Below the pieces are notes generated by a model. That model saw only the letters and a list, made by a program, of their open reading frames with translations, searched no databases and was not told the DNA's origin. Both the position numbers and the translations under genes were made by a program. From the NCBI GenBank assembly GCA_026387235.1, contig JAPLMD010000026.1, forward strand, positions 973-64,972: a DNA stretch of 64,000 nucleotides, written 5' to 3'. This document shows, one piece after another, positions 20,829-31,012 of the stretch (positions are counted from its first letter, which is position 1; each line of letters begins with the position of its first letter). This DNA comes from Candidatus Omnitrophota bacterium. GTDB lineage: Bacteria > Omnitrophota > Gorgyraeia > Gorgyraeales > Gorgyraeaceae.

Positions 20829-23073
20829 AGTCTCTGGATCCAATATCCTTTAATACGGCATTTGCTATGTTTTCAGCCAACAATTGATTGCCCTTCCTCG
20901 TGCAGTGACCAAAATCACTCCCAAAGTGATCAGTGAAATATTCGTCATAATTACCCTTCTCTAAGGCTGCTTTAAACACAGCTTCATTATCTACGAAGAT
21001 AATACCTTCTTTATCTTCAAAAATATTCTTTAGCGGCTCAAGCTTACGGCAAGGATACTGCACTACCACCAGTCTTATTTTTTTCTGCTCTAGGATTTCT
21101 CTAAGCTTTTGATAGTTATGAATTGTGTTCGCATAAGGCGATAACTTATCTGCCGTTTCCTCGTATCGTTTCTCACTCGACCCGGACTCTAATCTTTCTT
21201 GTGGTTGCGCATTGACTCTGTAATAGTCTCCCAATCCAAGATAGGTGCTGTAATTTCGCAGGCTTTTCTCAAGAGCCCCCTGTAACAATTCTTCCGCATC
21301 ATGCAATTTTCCCTGTTCTATATAAAGCCGGGCCAATTTAGCACATATCTCGTGATTCCCTGGGTTTATTTCTAAACCTTTTGTCCAGACCTGCTGGGCT
21401 TCTTGAAATCTTGTCGCTTCCTCATACAAGCTTCCTAATCTATAGTATGCACATGACTGCCTTGGGTTTATTGATATAGCCTTTACAAACATCTCTTCTG
21501 CTTCCCGGGATTTCCCTTTCGCTTCATAGCAACTACCGAGTCCAAGGCATAGCTCGTAATGTCTTGGATTCATTTTGAGCGCCTTTCGAAACATTTCTAC
21601 TGCTTCCTGGAATGCTGCTCCCCATCTATAATACAACGCAAATTGCTTATATATTTCATAGTGCCCCGGGTTTTGCTTAAGCGCTTTCCTAAGGATTCTT
21701 CTTGCCTCTAACCATCTTCCCATATTGATATAAAACTCACCCAGTGAAAAATACGCTTCATGACTCTTTGGGTTAATTGCAATAGCTCTTTTCAATATAT
21801 TTTCTGCGTCCTTGCTCCTTCCCGTAATTCTATAATGGCGCGCCAATTCATGATACGTATTAATCTTCTGAGGGTATAGTACGATAGCCCGCTGTAACAG
21901 CTCTTCTGCTTCTTTATACCTTCCTGCATCATGATAACCCGATCCTATTGCAACGCATGCTTCATCACTCTCCGGTTTTACAGCGATGAGCTTGTCGTAC
22001 ATCTCTTTTGCTTCCCGGGATTCTCCTCTTTTTACATAATAGAGCCCCAAGGTACAAATTGCTTTGTAATTTTCCGGATTAAGCTCAATAGCCCTCTGAA
22101 GTATATCCTCTGCTTTTTTGTACCTTCCTACTTTCATATAGTACTGACCACATAAAACATAAGCTGCATCGTTTGCGGGAGATATCTCTATGGTCTTTTG
22201 GATCAGCTCTTCTATATCCTGGAGGCGCCCCTCATTGAGATAATATCCACCCAATTCGTAATACGCATCAGTGTTTTGAGGGTTTATTGCAACAGCCTTT
22301 TGGAATAGTTCTTCTGCTTCTTTAAATCTCGCTGTCTCTGCATAGCACTTTCCTAATTCGAAATAGGCCGTATCATCTCCGGCGTCAGCCATGATAGCTT
22401 TTTTAAACATTTCTTCTGCTTCCAGGAATCTTGCTGAATCCAGATAATAACTGCCTAATTCAAGATAGGCTTTGTTATCGCCAGGGTTTATTGCAATGGC
22501 CTTTTGCAGCTTCTCCTCTTCTTTCTTAAACCTTACCGCCATAGAATGCGTTGTTAAAAAGAGGCCTTTTTCTCGCAGTTCTCCAAGTTTATTGGCGCTA
22601 TGCAGCCATAGAAGGTTCACAAGTTTATAGACTCTATATCCCTTCAAAAAAGATAATATTCGAGGAAAAGGCATACTCTCATAAGGAAGAATATCTGAGT
22701 CATTTATCCCCATCATCGTAATTACCATATCAGGATGGTATTTATTCAACTGATCGGGTAATCGTCTTAAAATATCTCTTGTGGTGATTCCGCTGACTCC
22801 TCCATTGATAACAACGAACTTAACCCCAATATTATTCTTATTCAGTATCTGCTGAAGCTGAGAAGGATAGGAGCCCTTTTTTGTGTGCGCTGTCGTAGAC
22901 TCACCTAAACAAAGAATACGATATGCCTTTCCTTCGCGAATAACCTTTTCATTTCTGTATTGCTGCAAAGATATGAGTGCCCAGCCCCCCAGTCGCAATC
23001 CTAGCTCAAGGATAATCACACATACAACTAACCCAATAAGTATTAAAATTACTTTTTCTCTAAGTCTCAGCAT
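20821..23073 (-). CDS. Membrane-anchored SGNH/GDSL hydrolase-fold protein with an internal TPR array
   Basis: TM (LELGLR), LGESTT, NGGVSG, MMGIND, about a dozen TPRs (AIAINP...AY), C-terminal DFGHCT.KGN. Confidence 0.85.
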   Translation of the reverse strand: MLRLREKVILILIGLVVCVIILELGLRLGGWALISLQQYRNEKVIREGKAYRILCLGESTTAHTKKGSYPSQLQQILNKNNIGVKFVVINGGVSGITTRDILRRLPDQLNKYHPDMVITMMGINDSDILPYESMPFPRILSFLKGYRVYKLVNLLWLHSANKLGELREKGLFLTTHSMAVRFKKEEEKLQKAIAINPGDNKAYLELGSYYLDSARFLEAEEMFKKAIMADAGDDTAYFELGKCYAETARFKEAEELFQKAVAINPQNTDAYYELGGYYLNEGRLQDIEELIQKTIEISPANDAAYVLCGQYYMKVGRYKKAEDILQRAIELNPENYKAICTLGLYYVKRGESREAKEMYDKLIAVKPESDEACVAIGSGYHDAGRYKEAEELLQRAIVLYPQKINTYHELARHYRITGRSKDAENILKRAIAINPKSHEAYFSLGEFYINMGRWLEARRILRKALKQNPGHYEIYKQFALYYRWGAAFQEAVEMFRKALKMNPRHYELCLGLGSCYEAKGKSREAEEMFVKAISINPRQSCAYYRLGSLYEEATRFQEAQQVWTKGLEINPGNHEICAKLARLYIEQGKLHDAEELLQGALEKSLRNYSTYLGLGDYYRVNAQPQERLESGSSEKRYEETADKLSPYANTIHNYQKLREILEQKKIRLVVVQYPCRKLEPLKNIFEDKEGIIFVDNEAVFKAALEKGNYDEYFTDHFGSDFGHCTRKGNQLLAENIANAVLKDIGSRDYD

Positions 23074-23156
23074 AAACGACTTGCGGCAGTTAGATGTAAG
23101 GTGGAATTCTAAAATTACGATTATTCACGCTAGACCACATTTCCCTGGAGAGACAC

Positions 23157-24272
23157 TCACTCATGCGGCCAAATTTCATCCCAGTGTTGGCTTAGGTACT
23201 CGGCAATTGCTTCATTCCCCTGAGGAGTTAAATGTATTTGATTAAACAGGTTAACAAGATTCTGGCCGATGCGCTTATTTAAATCTATATATGGTACGCG
23301 CTCTTCTAACGCAACTTCTTCTAGAATTTTTCCGGCGTCGCTCATTAATTGCGGCAGCCTCTCCGCAGGCACCTTCACTAGCCTGTAAGCAATCCGCCTT
23401 TTCTCCTCGCTAGAATTTCTAGAATGCACCAGGGTAAGCGGGTTTATAAGCAAAACCTGCACGCCATTTTTTTTGGCCACGGTAACGATATTCCTGATAT
23501 TCCTTTTATAGACTAATTTTCCGTAATCTGTATCGCCCCCTTCGTTTGGCCTTAAGGTTTTCTCAACGACAGAGGCCATTTCTAGTTCTTCGGGAAAAAA
23601 TTCACGCAGATGGCGCCGCAAGGGTTTCATTGCTAACCAGAGATACGAATGGTTAGCCAGTGTTGCGAGTGCATTATGAGTCTCGAATTGAGAATATATT
23701 CTTTGCCATGATTGTCCATAAGAGGCCTTTCTGTTCAGATATGGCCAGGCCTTAATATCATTCCACGAATGATAAACAATAATCGCATCGGGATTGTAAT
23801 CTAATATCCGAGTGGACAAGTTTATGAGAGAATGGAACGTGGTGTATCCTGACACGCCGGCATTAACTATCTCAATATCACGGTCGGGGTATTTCGCTTG
23901 TAACTTCTTCTCAAGGATTGCACAAAAGCCAATATTATCATTCCCCGATCTGTTGAATACAGACGAACCACCCAATACAAAAACCCTGAAAGGGCGCGCG
24001 TCATCCGGATCGAATTCTTTCCCGCGGAAACCCAAAGAGTTTATATGAAGCTTTATCTTGCCGCAATTGATTTCTACGTTTGGCCGGAGGGTGTACTCTA
24101 GGAAGGGATGCCTTTCATACAAAAGCAGGTCTGGGCTGGTCCAGGCAAGAATATTCTTATGGCTTAAAAAAAAGAAGGCCCTCAATGCCAGCTCACACAA
24201 CAACAAGGTCAGAAATAATGCTACGCAAAACTTGATACATATCTTCCTGTTCAGCATATACTTAATATCCAT
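23157..24272 (-). CDS. Membrane-anchored SGNH/GDSL family protein (esterase/O-acyltransferase-like)
   Basis: CELALR anchor, INSLGFRG, LGGSS, NAGVSGY, SWND, IHLTPQGN. Confidence 0.85.
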   Translation of the reverse strand: MDIKYMLNRKICIKFCVALFLTLLLCELALRAFFFLSHKNILAWTSPDLLLYERHPFLEYTLRPNVEINCGKIKLHINSLGFRGKEFDPDDARPFRVFVLGGSSVFNRSGNDNIGFCAILEKKLQAKYPDRDIEIVNAGVSGYTTFHSLINLSTRILDYNPDAIIVYHSWNDIKAWPYLNRKASYGQSWQRIYSQFETHNALATLANHSYLWLAMKPLRRHLREFFPEELEMASVVEKTLRPNEGGDTDYGKLVYKRNIRNIVTVAKKNGVQVLLINPLTLVHSRNSSEEKRRIAYRLVKVPAERLPQLMSDAGKILEEVALEERVPYIDLNKRIGQNLVNLFNQIHLTPQGNEAIAEYLSQHWDEIWPHE

Positions 24273-24289
24273 AGAAACCAGTATTGATA

Positions 24290-24319
24290 ATTATACTACA
24301 AAAGGTTAAAACACATCAA
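24290..24319 (-). promoter_or_regulatory. Possible internal sigma70 promoter within the island
   Basis: Minus strand TTGATG-18 nt-TATAAT upstream of the SGNH gene. Confidence 0.45.
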
Positions 24320-25233
24320 TCTTTAAACGCAAAAACTTTTCTCAGCCCTTCTTCTATGTCAGCGGGATGATAGCCGATATCTCGCGCGGCCTCTTCGAAA
24401 TTGAAATTTGCATCCATTGTTACGCCCAGGATAGTATCCCTGTTCAAAATAGGATTTTTTACAAATAGAGCTATTATAGCTGTGATAAAGTTACAAAGCC
24501 ATAGCGGGATCCCGACCAGCGGCTTATTGATCCCGAAAGTACGACATATGAGCCTGGTATATTCCCACATGCTCATATCAATACCACCGCTGAAATTGTA
24601 TGTCTTTCCGTAGGTTACAGGTTTGTCAATGATCATCTCCAAACCATCAACAATATCTTCCACCCATACAGGGCGCTTTCTGGCTTTGCCCATGCCTATG
24701 ACGGGCGCAATAAAGGGAAATCGGCGAAGATAATTTGCGTACAAATTGAACTCCTGGCCACCTCCCGCGCCATATAAGAGTGTCGGCCGAATAATAGTGA
24801 ACCTTGTTTTCCCGGGCCTCTTCATTAAGGCTTCCGATCTAAGCTTAGATTCGCCATAGGTAGTCCTTTTGATATATGCTGCGGCTGCTGCGGAAATATA
24901 AACAAAATGCTCCACCCCAGCCTCGACGGCTGCATTGACGAGATTTTCCGTCCCTTGATAATTTACTTTGTGAAAAAGTTCCTTATTGCCGGAAACAAGC
25001 ACGGCTGCCAGATGGAAAACCGTCTTTACTCCTTCTAAACAAGGCCGCAATGTCCCCGGCGCCGTGATATCTCCTTTCACCATCTCGCAGTTTACCCCAT
25101 GCAATTTAGAAAGCAACGGATCATCATCGATGACCATTGCCCGAACGCTGTATCCGGATTCGCACAGCCTTCGTACCAATCTGTTACCGATAAAGCCGGT
25201 AGCGCCAGTGACTAAAATTATTTTTTCACTCAT
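24316..25233 (-). CDS. NAD-dependent epimerase/dehydratase (extended SDR)
   Basis: VTGATGFIG, VFHLAA, YGESK (YxxxK), IIRPTLLYG. Confidence 0.9.
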   Translation of the reverse strand: MSEKIILVTGATGFIGNRLVRRLCESGYSVRAMVIDDDPLLSKLHGVNCEMVKGDITAPGTLRPCLEGVKTVFHLAAVLVSGNKELFHKVNYQGTENLVNAAVEAGVEHFVYISAAAAAYIKRTTYGESKLRSEALMKRPGKTRFTIIRPTLLYGAGGGQEFNLYANYLRRFPFIAPVIGMGKARKRPVWVEDIVDGLEMIIDKPVTYGKTYNFSGGIDMSMWEYTRLICRTFGINKPLVGIPLWLCNFITAIIALFVKNPILNRDTILGVTMDANFNFEEAARDIGYHPADIEEGLRKVFAFKD

Positions 25234-25249
25234 CGTGATATTAAAGTTT

Positions 25250-26866
25250 TTATTCCCTCGGGCTGAAACGGTATATATTAATGCCCCTTACTTCCTTAGC
25301 AAGTGTAAGTTTATAATGGGTATTTAACTTGTCGATAAACACCCGTTTGCCATAGGCAATACCTGCCCACCGACTTATGAGCACCCAAATCTGCCGATGT
25401 GATTTTATAATATCTTCACGTTGCATAACTTTTTTATCAAAATCGCTCACAATATAGTCTAAGTTATGCATCATGTTCAAACCAGAACCGGGATTCCGGT
25501 ACTCGTCTTTTCCTGTGTCGCGTTCGCTACCAAGAGTTATAATAAAATGATCTTTGTACAGGAACGATTCCTGCCAGCGGTCGGCTTCAAATTTACCAAA
25601 AATGAGTATATCCTTTAAAGCCGCCTGGTCAGCGTCGCCTAAATAATACATAAACGAAACTACTTCTTTTGTTGTAGCTATAATGAAAATATCATCGACT
25701 TTTAACTCATGCCCCTTGACGAAATGCACGGCCTTTTCCCAATCGACATTGATTTTGGCGCTGTACATCGTCCTTAAAGGGACGATGTTTAACAATAGGA
25801 TAGCGACAAGAATGACCCCAGAAATCAATTGGCGCCTATAGTAAATCCCTCTGGCAACGATCAGATAGAATGCGGGTAAGAAAAATAAGAAATTCTTGAT
25901 AAGATACACAGGGGAAAAAAGATAAGAAAATACTAAACTCAAGGCAATAGGCAGGGCTAACCATATAACCACAAATGCTTGACGACTATTAGGTTCCTGA
26001 CTCATAATGATAAAGAGGCCCCGTACGAAAAAAATCCCAAACATCAGCATTAATGCGCCAGCAATTACCGGCGGGAAAGATGTATTTTCTAAAGAACTAA
26101 GGCCGTAGGCCGGTCCCCCGTAAGTAAATGTGCTGAATGTGTCTATTAAACTCTGCATAGCAGGCGGCCGTACCCACCATAGTATTGCCTTAAAATTATT
26201 TCTCCCCGCAAACAATATCCATACCCATAATCCTAAAAAAAGTACTAAGGGTAATTGAAAGGAGAGCCATTGCTTTAATTGCTCGATCTTGATCGAGCGA
26301 CGCGCGTAGATGACATAAAAAAATTGCACGAGGACAGCAGAGATACCGAATGGATGCGTGCAGACGGCCAAGATATTGAGCAATAAGTTGGCGCCCAGCA
26401 TACATGGCTTCTTCTTTTCAAAAAAATCAATAAAGAAAATAAAGGAAAGAAGAACCAAAATAGTAAGCAGGCCGTAGTGTTTGACCTGCTGAGAATGATA
26501 AATGTCAAAACATGAAATTGATAAAAGAAATGATGCGATCAGCGCTGAGCCGGTATTAAACAACCTTTTACCCAATTTATAGGTCAAAAAAATGGCCAAG
26601 ATCCCAAGCATGACTGACAATAGCCGAGTGGCAAAAATCCCCATCCCAAAAGCCGCTATCCAAACCTTCAATAAAATAATATACGGTATCTTATAATTAG
26701 CGACTGAATGAAGCATAAAATCAAACCCTTTGAGCGCATGCGCAAAGAAGCCTATTTCATCATACCAGAGCGGTTTTGCAGTAAGCCCATATAATCGCAG
26801 TATCGCGCCCAGGAGCATGACCGAAAAAAGGATAACAGGAACCCTGATTTTCAATAATTTAGCCAT
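25250..26866 (-). CDS. GT-C fold membrane glycosyltransferase (GT39/ArnT/PMT-like)
   Basis: LRLYGL..KPLWYDE loop, RLLSV..G, YHSQQVKHY, about 11 hydrophobic segments. Confidence 0.88.
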   Translation of the reverse strand: MAKLLKIRVPVILFSVMLLGAILRLYGLTAKPLWYDEIGFFAHALKGFDFMLHSVANYKIPYIILLKVWIAAFGMGIFATRLLSVMLGILAIFLTYKLGKRLFNTGSALIASFLLSISCFDIYHSQQVKHYGLLTILVLLSFIFFIDFFEKKKPCMLGANLLLNILAVCTHPFGISAVLVQFFYVIYARRSIKIEQLKQWLSFQLPLVLFLGLWVWILFAGRNNFKAILWWVRPPAMQSLIDTFSTFTYGGPAYGLSSLENTSFPPVIAGALMLMFGIFFVRGLFIIMSQEPNSRQAFVVIWLALPIALSLVFSYLFSPVYLIKNFLFFLPAFYLIVARGIYYRRQLISGVILVAILLLNIVPLRTMYSAKINVDWEKAVHFVKGHELKVDDIFIIATTKEVVSFMYYLGDADQAALKDILIFGKFEADRWQESFLYKDHFIITLGSERDTGKDEYRNPGSGLNMMHNLDYIVSDFDKKVMQREDIIKSHRQIWVLISRWAGIAYGKRVFIDKLNTHYKLTLAKEVRGINIYRFSPRE

Positions 26867-27942
26867 AGCATTCTTGGTACAAGTGAAAGTAGCGCTTTCA
26901 AATTAAAAAATGTGGCGATTTGCAAGCTACACTCATAGGTACAACAGCATCTGGTGTCTTTGATTTCTTTTCTGAGCGACTCAGCATCCCGAGAAAACCA
27001 TAGCTTGCGAAAATCATAGCCGTAGGCCCTTATGCTGCCAAAGCCTCGCCCCATTATTTCACAAGGGTAAACGTTTAATGAACTATCGATTATGCACAAC
27101 AATCTTCCTGCGTAGCAGGGAAATAGATACCGGTTTTGATTTGTGATTTGCGCAATCATTTCTGAGATCTTGGATTTGTAGGCGGAGTAAAATCTATAAT
27201 ATAGATTCGTCTGTTTATTTTTTTTAGCCAATAAAAAAGAGAGGACTCTTCTATATAATTTAAGATAATTCACTGCATCTACTTCTTTAATTTTTGGGTC
27301 TCTGACGTTGCCTCTTGCGAAGCTTAGGCTAATCATATCGGGGTTAAGTTTTTCTTCTATGTAATCCAGCGTTTCAGGTAAATCTTCTTGGTTAAGAGCG
27401 GAATAGGTAATGATTATTCCAACTTTGAAATAGGGATTTGTCTTTTTTAATTTCACCAGCCCATGGTAGGTATCAACAGCTTTTAAGAACGCCCCTCGCG
27501 CGCCTCTTATCGCATCATGTTTTTCTTCCAGGCCGTCGAGCGATATTTTTACGGCGAGATCGACGTTCCTGATATTTCTTAATATGTTCTCGGTAGTCCT
27601 CAATATCCGTTCTGTAAAAAATCCATTTGTGGGGATACTTACGTTTGAGACAGAGTTGTTCTTATTGAAAATTTTTATTATCTCCGGGATGTCGTCCCTC
27701 AAAAAAGGCTCTCCTCCGGTCAGCGTCAAGAAACTAAAGCGCCCTAATGACTTTGAAAACCTGTCTATTTCTTCCAGAGTAGCTTCATTAGTTTCTTTGT
27801 TGAGATTGGCCCAATAAAAACAATGCGCGCATGCTAAATTACACTTATCGGTTATAAAAAATATAACTTGTTCGGGCATACGCCATGCGCATATAGGAAA
27901 TAAAATTTTACCAGCCCATCTAATTTTTTCGCGAAATCTCAT
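26851..27942 (-). CDS. Radical SAM protein with C-terminal twitch/SPASM-type Cys cluster
   Basis: CNLACAHC, TGGEPF, SLDG, CYAG...VYPCE...CCCTYEC. Confidence 0.9.
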   Translation of the reverse strand: MRFREKIRWAGKILFPICAWRMPEQVIFFITDKCNLACAHCFYWANLNKETNEATLEEIDRFSKSLGRFSFLTLTGGEPFLRDDIPEIIKIFNKNNSVSNVSIPTNGFFTERILRTTENILRNIRNVDLAVKISLDGLEEKHDAIRGARGAFLKAVDTYHGLVKLKKTNPYFKVGIIITYSALNQEDLPETLDYIEEKLNPDMISLSFARGNVRDPKIKEVDAVNYLKLYRRVLSFLLAKKNKQTNLYYRFYSAYKSKISEMIAQITNQNRYLFPCYAGRLLCIIDSSLNVYPCEIMGRGFGSIRAYGYDFRKLWFSRDAESLRKEIKDTRCCCTYECSLQIATFFNLKALLSLVPRMLWLNY

Positions 27943-27951
27943 TGTGAATTA

Positions 27952-28998
27952 TCAATATTTTTTCTGAAAGATGAAAAAATCGATCCCCCCGTGAAGCAGC
28001 CCGAAAAAGGCGAATAACATGTCTAGATAAAAAATGCCTATCCATGCGGAACAAAACGGCCAACCTTTAATCTTCGACAGTGACAACAGGTATTTTAAAT
28101 TTATTAATATGAATACAAGCATGAGTGATAAAAATAAGGCTAGATAATGCATCTTAAAATTCAAAAAAGTATAAATACCGAAGCTAAAAATAACAAACGA
28201 CAGGACAAAACTTATAACAAGAGATGGATTGGCCTTTTGCCCCGAACTTACGGGAATAAATGGAGCCCGCCCGGGGTTCCTTGGGCGGAATTTTGTAAAT
28301 CTGATTCTTAAGAAGAATTTAACCATATTGAAACTCACGATATAGGCGCGCTTTAATAGGGATTTTAAGGAATATCTTTTCAGGTGCATTGCGGTCAAAT
28401 TCCTGTTTAGCACTACCAAATTCCCTGACTCAAAAAGCCTATATCCCAAATCGTTATCTTCAACTGTCGCTCCCGGAATTTTAGCGTCAAATCCACCGAC
28501 CTCAAAAAAAGCCTGCCTTCTTATCGCAAAACAATAGGTTGCTATTATATTTACGCAGTCACTTTCATCCCATCGGTTTTTATAATTATTAAAATAATCC
28601 TTGTACTGGGTAATGATATTCTTGGGCATGCTCTCTTGGAAATACCTGCCCTGGACCGCTTGCGCGGCAGGATGATCCTGGAGCATCTTTAGTATCTCTG
28701 ACAACGCATTATCTGCCACTATTACATCTGAGTCCAGAAAGAATAGTATGTCTCCGGAGGCCTGCTCAGCACCGCGATTTCTGGCAAAAGCAGCCCCTCT
28801 ATGCTTACCTAGCTTAATCAACTGACAGGGAAACCTCTCTGCAATCTCGGCTGTCCCGTCTTGCGAACAGTCATCGATCACAATCGCTTCATAATTATCA
28901 TTGTCTAGTTTTAGGATCGACTCAAGACACGTTGCAATAGTATCCTTCTGGTTATAGGTAATAACTATTACTGAAATTTTATGTTTTTGGCTCTGCAT
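27952..28998 (-). CDS. Family 2 glycosyltransferase with C-terminal TM helices
   Basis: ISVIVITYN, IDDCSQD, ARNRGA, FLDSD, VEDNDLG. Confidence 0.9.
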   Translation of the reverse strand: MQSQKHKISVIVITYNQKDTIATCLESILKLDNDNYEAIVIDDCSQDGTAEIAERFPCQLIKLGKHRGAAFARNRGAEQASGDILFFLDSDVIVADNALSEILKMLQDHPAAQAVQGRYFQESMPKNIITQYKDYFNNYKNRWDESDCVNIIATYCFAIRRQAFFEVGGFDAKIPGATVEDNDLGYRLFESGNLVVLNRNLTAMHLKRYSLKSLLKRAYIVSFNMVKFFLRIRFTKFRPRNPGRAPFIPVSSGQKANPSLVISFVLSFVIFSFGIYTFLNFKMHYLALFLSLMLVFILINLKYLLSLSKIKGWPFCSAWIGIFYLDMLFAFFGLLHGGIDFFIFQKKY

Positions 28999-29011
28999 AT
29001 AGGTCTTGTTT

Positions 29012-31003
29012 TCATACTGCCTTGCGATCTCTGCGTGTTGCATCGTTCCGTGTTTTGTACACCGTAAAATAGTAGGCTAAAAGTAATGATATTATGCTTA
29101 TCGCAAGGCCGCGATAAAATTCCACAGGAACATATGTCAATTGAATCATGTAATCCCCAGGGTCATCTAGGACTACCGCCAACCGACCACCGTCACCGCG
29201 TTTAGGCAGCTTTCCGACATTCGTTCTCCAGCTCTGATGATAATTCTGATTAATAATGAGCGTATCGGCACGTTGTAGATGCACACTGACCCGGATCTTA
29301 TTTGGGCTGAAATATTGAAGCTGCGCCTGGTTCTCTTCATTCTGGAAAAATACCTCTCCCCGATAAGCAGGATTAGCTTCTAATTTATCGAGCTCGGAAG
29401 GCAGAAATCGCGAATCTCTCTCTCTAACCATATATTTAGGCGTAACGTTTGTCTTAATCGCCAGATTGCCGAAGAGCCAATCAATGAGGCCGATATTACT
29501 CTGCGCATAGTAATACTGGTCAATTTGGTAGGGTTCCGGAAACCCGATGTAATCTTTAATCTTGACATGAAAAAACTCTTTCTGAAACGAAAACTCAGAC
29601 CTATCCTTGAGATGTATCCGGTTTTCTAAAAAACGCTGGTTCAGCCAGAACATATTGTTCAGGCTGAATATTGCAACCGGAATCAAAAGCCAAAGAAACT
29701 TCCTCCTTTCCCGGAGATCCAATACAGAGAAAAAGCGCCCCGAAATGACAGAAATTAGAAAAAAAATCTGGAATGTGAAATATTCATCCATCCGCCAAAT
29801 GCTGTGGACATACGGGTGAAGATGCCATATCCACTTAAATATATCAACCGGGCTATGCGGCCCAAAGGAGATAATAATAGAAATGATCGAAAGAATTATA
29901 TAACGCCAGATCTTTTTCCAATAAAAAAAGCAGCCAAGTGCGGCCAGTATGACGGGTATATAGCCAAAATACATCTGTGTATAATCATCCTGGTCTGGGG
30001 TAACGGTAAAGGAACCAGTTTTGAATGACCGGTTATACGGTTTTTTTGAATTAATATCCCTTGAATAACCGTATTCGAATGGAAAATGACAAGATTTGAT
30101 AAATCGAAAAGAATCGGTCCTAAATAGCCAGCCATGCAACTTCTTCGGATTGACGTCTCTTCCAGTTGCCACAATTGTTTTCGCTATCTTAGAATAGTCG
30201 TTTTCGTAGGGAAAATGAATAAATGGGATATCTTTGCGCGCAAGTAACTGATGCATAGGCAGGATTTTAACCATAGAAATAAGCAGCGTAATCAGCATGA
30301 TAAGCGCAAACACTACCGGAAACCTGGTATTAACTTTAATCCTGCGGGATTTTTCACGGTAGACAGCGTGAAGGCAGGCAAAGAGGAATAAGAAAATGAC
30401 GATGGGTATAAGAATGCTGCCGGTAGATACGGCTATGATACTCATCACCACAGAAGTAAAAAATATAAACTTCTTATCTCGTATAGATTTAATAAAAAAC
30501 ACGATCAGCAGAGGCAGAAAATAAAAGTATAGCTTTTCATAGTTCGACTGCATGTATTGGCAGGGACCCCAGCTGCAGAAAAGAAAAGCTAGCGTGGAAA
30601 AAAGGGAGCCCGCCAGATTATAGCGAAGCTGGTAGCGGGTTAAATAGAATAAGCTCAAGGCCCCGCATAAAACGATTAAAAAGATGGTAATCTTAGTCCC
30701 TTCTATGGCTCCAAACGCCAGGACGATCAGCATTAAGGGGCTTAAGGATATGTCATAGGGAAAACCTATAAAGGGATAGCCTCCTTCAAAATGAGGGATC
30801 CTTAAAGGAAACTGATGATATTTGATAATGGATATTCTAAAAAAGTCGATATAAGGATATATCCCGCACCAATCAACTCGGGGAATGCCATGACTTATAT
30901 CTCTAAAAAGCGGCAAATAAAACAAAATCGCCGATATTGTGATGAGCGCAATGGCAACAGAATCTTTAAAATGGCTCCGTATAGTATTAATCAAAGTTTT
31001 CAT
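29012..31003 (-). CDS. YfhO-like GT-C membrane protein
   Basis: Polytopic; QFPL..P...GGYPF, YFGYIP, C-terminal SPNKI...IINQNYHQSW...LTYVP. Confidence 0.75.
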   Translation of the reverse strand: MKTLINTIRSHFKDSVAIALITISAILFYLPLFRDISHGIPRVDWCGIYPYIDFFRISIIKYHQFPLRIPHFEGGYPFIGFPYDISLSPLMLIVLAFGAIEGTKITIFLIVLCGALSLFYLTRYQLRYNLAGSLFSTLAFLFCSWGPCQYMQSNYEKLYFYFLPLLIVFFIKSIRDKKFIFFTSVVMSIIAVSTGSILIPIVIFLFLFACLHAVYREKSRRIKVNTRFPVVFALIMLITLLISMVKILPMHQLLARKDIPFIHFPYENDYSKIAKTIVATGRDVNPKKLHGWLFRTDSFRFIKSCHFPFEYGYSRDINSKKPYNRSFKTGSFTVTPDQDDYTQMYFGYIPVILAALGCFFYWKKIWRYIILSIISIIISFGPHSPVDIFKWIWHLHPYVHSIWRMDEYFTFQIFFLISVISGRFFSVLDLRERRKFLWLLIPVAIFSLNNMFWLNQRFLENRIHLKDRSEFSFQKEFFHVKIKDYIGFPEPYQIDQYYYAQSNIGLIDWLFGNLAIKTNVTPKYMVRERDSRFLPSELDKLEANPAYRGEVFFQNEENQAQLQYFSPNKIRVSVHLQRADTLIINQNYHQSWRTNVGKLPKRGDGGRLAVVLDDPGDYMIQLTYVPVEFYRGLAISIISLLLAYYFTVYKTRNDATRRDRKAV

Positions 31004-31012
31004 GTTCCCCTA

